A stretch of DNA of 64,000 nt from Mobula hypostoma (Eukaryota). Below are positions 52,441-61,258 of this stretch, in pieces; positions within the stretch are counted from its first letter, which is position 1, and each line of letters opens with the position of its first letter. Position numbers and translations under genes: made by a program. The stretch lies in the NCBI RefSeq assembly GCF_963921235.1, contig NC_086097.1, positions 97,342,001 through 97,406,000 of the forward strand, given 5' to 3'. The notes below the pieces were generated by a model that was not told the DNA's origin, made no database searches, and was given only the letters and a program-made list of their open reading frames with translations.

Positions 52441-54348
52441 ACAGGTACAAGTCCATAAGACATAGGAGCAGAATTAGGCCACTCAGCCCATCAGGTCTGC
52501 CATTCCATCATGGCTGAGCTATTAGCCCTCTTAACCCCATTTCTTTTCCTTCTCCCCATAACTGATGATGCCCTGACTAATCAAGAACCTATCAACTTGC
52601 ACTTTAAATATGCTCAGTGACTTGGCCCCCACAGCCGTCCAATGCACTGAATTCCACAGACTCTCCACCCTCTGGCTCTGCTCTAAATAGATGCTTCCTC
52701 TATTCTGAGGCTGTGTTCTCTGGTTTTAGACACCTGCGACAGAAACATCCTCTCCACATCCACTCCATCTAGCACTTTCAATATTAGATAGGTTTCAATG
52801 AAATCCCACCTCACCCCCCATTCTTCTGAACTCCAGCAAGTACAGGCACAGGGTCATCAAACACTCCTCATAAGTTAACCCTTACATTCCCGCAAATATT
52901 CTCGTGATCCTCCTCTGGATTCTCTCCAATGCCAGCACATTCCTTCTTAGATAGGGGCCTAAAACTGCTCACAATACTCCAAGTGCTGTCTCAGAAATGC
53001 CTTATAAAGCCTCAGCATTACATTCTTGCTCTTTTATTCTAGTCCTCTCAAAATGAATGCTAGCATTGCATTTGCCTTCCTCACCACTGACTCAACCTGC
53101 AAGTTAATCTTTAGGGAATCCTGCACAAGGACTCCCAAGTCCTGCTGCACCTCTGACTTTTGAATTCTCTCCCCATTTAGAAAATAGTCTACGCCTTTAT
53201 TCCTTCAAACAAAGTGTATGACTATACATTCCCCTACTCCATATTCCATCTGCCACTTCGTTGTCCATTCTCCCAATTTGGCTAAATCCTTCTGTAGACT
53301 TCCTGCTTCCTCAACACTACCTTCCCCTCCACATATCTTCATATTGTCTGAAAACATGGCCACAAAGCTATCAATTCCGTCATCCAAATCATCGACATAT
53401 AACGTGAAAAGAAGTGATCCTGACGTCCACCCTGTGGAATACCACTGGTCACCTGTTGTCAACCAGAAAAGGCTCTCTTTATTCCCACTCTTCGACTCCT
53501 GCCAGTCAGCCAATCTTCTATCCATGCTAGTATCGTTTTTTTGTAATACCATGGCCTCTTATCTAGTTAAGCAGCCTCAGGTACAGCCCATTCTGAAAAT
53601 CAAAGTAAAGAGCATCCACTTACTCTTTGTCTTTCCTGCCTGTTAATTCCTCTAAAGAATTCCAACACATTTGTCAGGCAAGATTTCCCCTTAAAGAAAC
53701 GATGCTGACTTTGATCTATTTTATCATGTGCCTTCAAGTACTCCAAAACCCTATCCTTAATACTGGACTCTAACATCTTCCCAGGCTAAGTCAGGCTAAC
53801 TGGCCTATAATTTCCTTTCTTTTTCCTCCCTCCCTTCTTAAAGAGTGGTGTTACTTCTGCAATTTTCAGTCCTCTGGAACCAGTATCACTAATGCCTCCA
53901 CAATTTCTTCAGCTACCTCTTTCAGAACCCTGGGGCATATTCCATCTGGTCCAGGTGACTTATCTACCTTCAGATATTTCAGCTTCCTAAACACCTTCTC
54001 CTTAGTAATAGCAACTACACTCTTTTCTGTCTCTTGACGCTCTTGAATATCTGGCAAACTGCTGGTGTCTTCAACAGTGAAAAATGATGCAAAGTACTAA
54101 TAACGTTCATCTGCCATTTCTTTGTCTCCCATTACTACCTCCCCAATGTCATTTTCCAGTGGTCCATTATCCATTCTTACCTCTCTTTTACTCTTTATAT
54201 AGCTGAAAAATTTTTGTATTCTCTTTTATGGCTAACTTAACTTCACATTTCATCTTTTCTCTCTTTATGGCTTTTTACTTGCCTTTCGTTGTTTTTTAAA
54301 AACTTCCCAATCCTCTAGCTTCCCACTAACTGTTGCTATATATATATA

Positions 54349-55287
54349 GCAACACACATAAAAGTTGCTGGTGAACGCAGCAGGCCAGGCAGCATCTCTA
54401 GGAAGAGGTACAGTCGACGTTTCGGGCCGAGACCCTTCGTCAGGACTAACTGAAGGAAGAGCTAGTAAGAGATTTGAAAGTGGAAGGGGGAGGGGGAGAT
54501 CCAAAATGATAGGAGAAGACAGGAGGGGGAGGGATGGAGCCAAGAGCTGGACAGGTGATTGGCAAAAAGGATATGTGAGGATCATGGGATAGGAGGCCCA
54601 GGGAGAAGGAAAAGGTGGGGGGGGGGAACCCAGAGGGTGAGCAAGGGGTATAGTCAGAGGGACAGAGGGAGAAAAAGGAGAGAGAGAGAAAGAATGCGTG
54701 TATATAAATAAATAACGGAAGGGGTACGAGGGGGAGGTGGGGCATTAGCGGAAGTTAGAGAAGCCAATGTTCATGCCATCAGATTGGAGGCTACCCAGAC
54801 GGAATATAAGGTGTTGTTCCTCCAACCTGAGTGTGGCTTTATCTTTACAGTAGAGGATAGACATATCAGAATGGGAATGGGACGTGGAATTAAAATGTGT
54901 TGCCACTGGGAGATCCTGCTTTCTCTGGCGGACAGAGCGTAGATGTTCAGCAAAGCGGTCTCCCAGTCTGCATTGGGTCTCACCAATATATAAAAGGCCA
55001 CATTGGGAGCACTGGACGCAGTATATCGCCCCAGCCGACTCACAGGTGAAGTGTCGCCTCACCTGGAAGGACTGTTTGGGGCCCTGAATGGTGGTAAGGG
55101 AGGAAGTGTAAGGGCATGTGTAGCACTTGTTCCGCTTACACGGATAAGTGCCGGGAGGGAGATCAGTGGGGAAGGGATGGGGGGGACGAATGGACAAGGG
55201 AGTTGCGTAGGGAGCAATCCCTGCTGAAAGCAGAGGGGGGGAGAGGGAAAGATGTGCTTAGTGGTGGGATCCCATTGGAGGTGGCGG
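54349..55287 (-). mobile_element. Penelope-like element (family A) 3' fragment nested in a CR1 LINE
   Basis: ORF 54745-55197 has a Cys-rich linker (PCKRNKCYTC) and GIY-YIG (AIYCVQCSQCGLLYIGET). The CR1 sequence resumes on both sides. Near-identical to 8408-9040 in the opposite orientation. Confidence 0.9.
54412..54447 (-). ncRNA. Minimal type I hammerhead ribozyme, intact core, GUC cleavage site
   Basis: AGTC-CTGACGA-A-GGG tctcgg CCC-GAAA-CG-TC^GACT; stem I AGTC/GACT; palindromic ACGT stem III. Confidence 0.82.
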
Positions 55288-55884
55288 TGCCCTCTCTTTT
55301 GCTTTTATACTGTCTTTGACTTCCCTTGTCAGCCATGGTTGCCTCCAAAAAGTCCAGCTTTTGTTGTTCTGCCATCACCCCTGATAGTATTCCCTTCCAA
55401 TCAATCTTGACCTGCTCCTCCCTCGTGCCTCCGTAATTCCACTTATTCCAGTGTAATACTGATACATCTGACTTTACCTTCTCCCTCTCAAACTGTAGGC
55501 TGGATTCAATCATATTAGGATAACAGTCTCCAAAGGGTTCCTTTACCTTAAGCTCCCTAATCAGATCTGGTTCACTACATAACAACAAATCCAGAATTGC
55601 CTTTCCCCTAGTGGACACAAGCTGTTCTAAAAAGCCATCTTGTAGGCATTCCAGAAATTCCCCCTTTGGAATCCAGCACCAACCTGATTTTCCCAATCTA
55701 ACTGCATATTGAAATCTCCCATGACAATTGTAACATATTGTGGCCAAAAAGTCTGTTTCTGTGCTGTATTACTCTAAGTCTGTGTTCCTGTACAAGTGTA
55801 TTATATATATTGTGTTGATGAAGAACAAACATATTATGGGTGATATCTGAAATATATAACTAGAGTATATCAAGCAGTGATAAA

Positions 55885-56925
55885 TCAAGGCAACTTGCTG
55901 TGTCGTCTAGAAGACGTTTCACCACTCATCCGAGAGGCTTCCTCATTTCTGATCCATGGAGGGTAGTTTTCCAGCTTATAAACTTTGTGAGTTGTTTAGA
56001 AGTATAGCGACCACATGAGGGTCATTAAGAACCGTAATGAGAGGGTTATTAGTCTTATCTTTGCATGAATGGAGGTGTGAACTGCTGTAGAGATGCTGGG
56101 GTAAAGATGTTAAGACTGCATTGTAAGTACAAACGTAGCTGATAGGTGATGTCATACCCACCCCCTCTGCTCAGGGATGGGTTTTCCAGTTTGACAAAAA
56201 TAGTTTCTTTAACCCCTCTTTCAAACCACCTGTCCTCCCTGTCCAAAATGTGCACAACGTTATCATCAGAGGAGCGTCCTTTGTCCATTACGTGTCGATA
56301 TACTGTTGAGTTGTGAGGTGCAAGCCTTCACAGAACACGTCAACTCGGTGGATATCAACATCAAATTTATGCAAGAAGACATCAAGAATAATAGACTGGT
56401 TTTGTCAGACTGGGCAGTACTTGTCAAAGAAGATGGACATCAAGATATTGAAGTTTACAGGAAACCAACCCACACAGATCAGTATCTATGGTTTGACTCT
56501 CATCGTCCATCAAAACCTAAGTTCGGGGTTATCAGAACACTAAATTACCATGCTGAGAATGTGCCCACCAACGCTACAGCTAAAGACAAGGAGCACAAGT
56601 ATTTGAGAGAAGCCTTGAAAGCTTGTGGCTACCCTGACTGGGCCTTCATCAAGACAGCAACAAAAAACCAGCAGGAACATTGGCGCAACAGAGGTAAGGA
56701 GCAAAGCAGACGGTAAAACGTAGTCATCCCATACACAGCTGGGGGTTCAGAGAAACTCAGGATTGTCAACAAACACTAGATCCCTGATAGTAAACACCAG
56801 ATAGTAAAACTACAAACGCACCTCAGACAGAAACTCGTCCACCCCAAGGATCCTACACCCAAACCTAAACAGAGCAATATTGTATATGCTATCCAATGCA
56901 ATGAGTGGAGGTATTTGTAATGGGG
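55885..56925 (+). mobile_element. Penelope-like element (family C) with inverted 3'-end segment
   Basis: + ORF 56306-56716 encodes an RT C-terminus (IKF..E...VYRKPTHTDQYL.FDSH), followed by SNIVYAIQC. The minus segment 55885-56300 encodes the GIY-YIG tail (ILDREDRWFERGVKE). Confidence 0.8.
55909..55950 (-). ncRNA. Hammerhead ribozyme motif (PLE family C), C3 mutated
   Basis: AGAA-aTGAGGA-A-GCCTCTC ggat GAGTGGT-GAAA-CG-TC-TTCT; stem I AGAA/TTCT. Confidence 0.55.
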
Positions 56926-57299
56926 TGAAAACTCCAAAATTCCTCCAAAATTTTGTGTGTGTTGATTTGGTTTCATGAGAACTTAAAATCAAGATTTAGA
57001 TACCAAAACCAAAAAATGAAAACAAAGTTGGAATGTTCTACGTCAAGGGTTTAAAAACACTTACAGAAGTTTTCACTGAAGGCCATGAAAATAAAAAATG
57101 TAGATACATTCAGAAATTCAACAGTTTGCTGAAGAGAATATTTAAAGGAATACAGAGAGAAAGGGAGAATTTCTCCAACTTCATTATTTTCCCTGTTGCC
57201 TATCAGATTGACTCAGTTTTTGTATTCTGGCCTGCTGGCTTGAAAGGGTAGGACTTGAATATCAAAGTCTATTCCACCTAACCATCTCTTCAGAAAATA

Positions 57300-57397
57300 G
57301 CAACACACGCAAATAATGCTGGTGAATGCAGCAGGCCTGTAATTTTTTGTGTGTGTTGCTTGAATTTCCAGCATCTGCAGATTTCCTTGTGTTTGCG
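57300..57397. mobile_element. 98-bp PLE-derived fold-back insertion
   Basis: Inverted caacacac/gtgtgttg arms of the family A terminus; perfect 13-bp TSD tcttcagaaaata at 57287-57299 and 57398-57410. Confidence 0.75.
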
Positions 57398-58199
57398 TCT
57401 TCAGAAAATATTCCATTTACTGCATATAAGGCCCTCATAATTTTATGCACTTCAACTAGAGTAAATCTTCCCTCAGCCACCTCAATAACCTTATCAATTT
57501 CAAATAAAACGTGTACAGTAATACTGTGAGCACTCGACTATTCAGAAAACCTGATGACTCAGTAGCTTGCTCATCATGTGATGTTTCCTGCACTTTCTGA
57601 AACGCATCGAGACCCCAGTTCCTGCACTTCCTGAATCTCACTGGAGCCTGGGTTACTCCACTCCCCTGCATCTATCACTTGATGGTCTGATTCTCTGTCC
57701 ACGTGGAAGGGACTGCCAAGCGTCAGGTACACATTTCTCAGATGATCCCCACACAGGAAGGCTGCTGAATGTTAGAGGGATGAACTTCCCCTAAAGTTTC
57801 TGTCTGATGTTGGATTTATGAAGCTCCCAATGTGAGCCCTCACTTTGGGTTTGAATCTAGAACCACCATTTAATGCAGATAATGTCACATCAGAATAATT
57901 CGACATAACATAAATGACATTTCAATCACTGTTAATGGCATCTGCAGATGGTACAGCACCAGACAGAGTTGGAACACTTTGTGAGCAGTCTCGTGTTGAC
58001 GGACATTGCAACTATGAACAGGGAGAGCTGGAAAGACAGAACATCTGGAGAAGCCGGAACACTGTGGCAGAGTACCGAGCTGATCAGTTCAATATGTTAG
58101 TCAGAGAGTGGCAATATCAAAGTGTATGGAATTAAGGTTAATGAAAAAGTATGGATTTTAAAAAGATTAGTTGTCAGACAGTGTGGCAGGTGATGATCA

Positions 58200-59097
58200 G
58201 TAAGGACTGCAAGAATCAGTGCTTGGGCCTTAGCCAATCATAAAACGTAGCAATGACTTGCTTGTGTTGTTATGTGAAAAATTATGATTTCAAAGTTGGC
58301 TGATGACACTAATAATGGGGAATAATGGGGAATTTGAAAAATGGGGAAAGAATTCAAAGTTCTGAGATGCAACGGGACTTGGGAGTCCTCGTACAGGATA
58401 CCCTTAAAGTTAACCTCCAGGTTGAGTCGGTAGTGAAGAAGGCGAATGCAATGTTGGCATTCATTTCTAGAGGAATAGAGTATAGGAGCAGGGATGTGAT
58501 GTTGAGGCTCTATAAGGCGCTGGTGAGACCTCACTTGGAGTACAGTGGGCAGTTTTGGTCTCCTTATTTAAGAAAGGATGTGCTGACGTTGGAGAGGGTA
58601 CAGAGAAGATTCACTAGAATGATTCCAGGAATGAGAGGGTTAACATATGAGGAACATTTGTCCGCTCTTGGACTGTATTCCTTGGAGTTTAGAAGAATGA
58701 GGAGAGACCTCATAGAAACATTTCAAATGTTGAAAGGCATGGACAGAGTGGATGTGGCAAAGTTGTTTCCCATGATGGGGGAGTCTAGTACGAGGGGGCA
58801 TGACTTCAGGATTGAAGGGCGCCCATTCAGAACAGAAATGCGAAGAAATTTTTTTAGTCAGAAGGTGGTGAATCTATGGAATTTGTTGCCACGGGCAGCA
58901 GTGGAGGCCAAGTCATTGGGTGTATTTAAGGCAGAGATTGATAGGTATCTGAGTAGCCAGGGCATCAAAGGTTATGGTGAAAAGGTGGGGGAGTGAGACG
59001 AAATAGGAGAATGGATCAACTCATGATAAAATGGCGGAGCAGACTCGATGGGCCAAATGGCCTACTTCTGCTCCTTTGTCTTATGGTGTTATGGTCT
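58200..59097 (+). mobile_element. CR1 LINE 3' end with an open 223-aa ORF2 C-terminus
   Basis: QRDLGVLV...LYKALVRPHLEYS.QFWSP...RRDLIETFQMLKG. Confidence 0.9.
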
Positions 59098-59439
59098 AAT
59101 AAAGTTACACAGCAGTGAAACAGGCCCTTTGGCCCAACTTATCCATGCTAACCCAAACCAGTCTCATTTGCTGCACTTGAGCTATATTACTTTATCCATG
59201 TACCTGTCCTGATGTTTTTAAAAGTTGCAGCTAACTGTACCTGCCTCAATAATACATTTGATAACTCAATCCACATACATTCCATACTCTAGGTGAAGCT
59301 GTTGCCTCTCAGCTCCCTTTTAAATCCTTTCCATCACATCTCAAACCTTCTGCACACTAGATTTAGACTCCCCTACTCTGTGAAAATGACTTTGATAATT
59401 CACCTATCTATGCCCCCATGATTTTACACAGCCATCGAG

Positions 59440-60972
59440 TCAGAGTATTACTGTACAGAAACAGGCCTTTCAGCCCAACTAGTCCATGCCAAACTGTTAT
59501 TCCGCCAAGTTCCATCATGATACATAGCCCTCCATACCCTTCCCATTCATATAGGTACTTCCCATTCATAACTTTCCCATTCATACCTTTCCCATTCATA
59601 CCCTTCCCATTCATACCCTTCCCATTCATACCTTTCCCATTCATACTCTTCCCACTCATATACTTCCCATTCATACTCTTCCCACTCATATACTTCCCAT
59701 TCATACCCTTCCCATTCATATATTTCCTATTCATATACTTCCCTTTCATACCCTTCCCATTCACATACTTCCTATTCATATACTTTCCATTCACACCCTT
59801 CCCATTCATACCCTTCTCATTCATACCTCTCCCATTCATACCCTTCCCATTCACACTCTTCCCATTCATACCCTTCCCATTCATACCTTTCCCATTCATA
59901 CTCTTCCCACTCATATACTTCCCATTCATACCCTTCCCATTCATACCCTTCCCATTCACACCCTTCCCATTCATACCCTTCCCATTCATACCCTTCCCAT
60001 TCACACCCTTCCCATTCATACCCTTCCCATTCATACCCTTCCCATTCACACCCTTCCCATTCATACCCTTCCCATTCATACCTTTCCCATTCATACTCTT
60101 CCCATTCATACCTTTCCCATTCATACCTTTCCCATTCATATATTTATCCAAACTTCTTGTAAATGTTACAATCTAATCTGCATCCACCACTTTCACTGAC
60201 AGCTTGTTCCACACTCACAACACACACTGTTCAGCTTCTTTTTAAATATTTCACCTTTCATCCTTAACATAAGAACATGAAAAAGTCTTTGACAAGAACA
60301 AGCCATTTGGCCCAGCAAAGCTTGCCAAATTCCTATTCACATAGTGTATTGAAATAACTATCGAGTTTAGATTTGAAAGTCTCTACGTACTACTCTCAAC
60401 TACACAACTAGGTAGTTTGTTCCATGTGTCCACAACTCACTATGTAAACAAATGCTTCCTGATGTTAGTCTGAAATCTCCCTTTAACCAGTCTCCCCTAA
60501 GGCCTCATGTCCTCATTGACGGATTAATTTTGGAGTGGCAGCTGGCATCCACTTTACTTATACCCCTAATGATTTTGAATCATATCTCCTCTCATTCTAC
60601 ATCTACGTAGGCTAAAAAGATTTATTTCTTTCAATCTTTCTTCATAGTTCATACCCTGCAGACCTGGAATAAGTCTCGACGCCCTTCCCTAGAGTCTCTC
60701 CAGTGCCTTCACACCCCTCACACAATATGGAGGCCAAAATTGTACGGAGTACTCGAGGAATGGCCTCACAAGCACATTATACAGCTCAAGGAGAATGCCT
60801 CCAGACTTGAACTCCATGGAGCGCGTTGTATAGCCCAACATTCTATTAGCCTTCCTAATCGCTTCTGTGCATTGTCTAGATGTTGATAGTGATGAGTCTA
60901 CCAGGATACCCAATTCCTTCTCACACAGTCCACTTTCTAACTCAAGACCCGCCCCATTGTATATTTATGTAC
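59440..60972 (-). mobile_element. CR1 3' fragments (two adjacent copies)
   Basis: KANRMLGY...LYNVLVRPFLEYSVQFW; the 3' end hosts a 15-bp minisatellite. Confidence 0.75.
59530..60142. repeat. 15-bp minisatellite (cccttcccattcata), about 40 copies
   Basis: Direct reading; produces the MNGKG and FIPFP repeat ORFs. Confidence 0.95.
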
Positions 60973-61258
60973 TGTAGCGGTGTGCTACACACAGCGCTAG
61001 AATAACCACACGTAGTCGGTGAGTTGGAGTTGCCATAAAGAGATTTATTCAAACTTCGTGGCCTGCTTTAAAGCCTTCCCGTTCCCGCCCTCCCTGGGCG
61101 GGACTGCTGTGGGGAATGCATATTCCCAGACCCTTTCCGCGCGCGGGATTTTCCCCCTGCTGGAGAAGATGGCCTGGCGCCCTTTTTGCTGCCGGCCCTC
61201 TGCCTGCGCGCGCTGTTTCGTGAGCCGGTTCGTGGGTGCTAGAAAGTAGGTTGCCACA
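60973..61258 (-). mobile_element. 3' LTR (286 bp) of the Gypsy element
   Basis: TGTGGC...GCTACA termini directly after the PPT; AATAAA at 61049-61044. Confidence 0.85.

Larger units (their letters stand above)
52455..55740 (-). mobile_element. CR1 LINE, degenerate, interrupted by a PLE
   Basis: KSPGPDGICPRVLKE and EFLECLQDGFLEQLV; reverse complement of the 26640-28882 family. Confidence 0.88.

Noticed and set aside
39880..57565. Isolated MARE/AP-1/MEF2-like motifs (e.g. tgctgacttcagta at ~39882, tgactca at ~57555, ctaaaatag at ~44849)
   Set aside because: Short or imperfect matches expected by chance without conservation data.
59408..60176. MNGKG and FIPFP repeat proteins
   Set aside because: Translations of the 15-bp array inside a CR1 tail.
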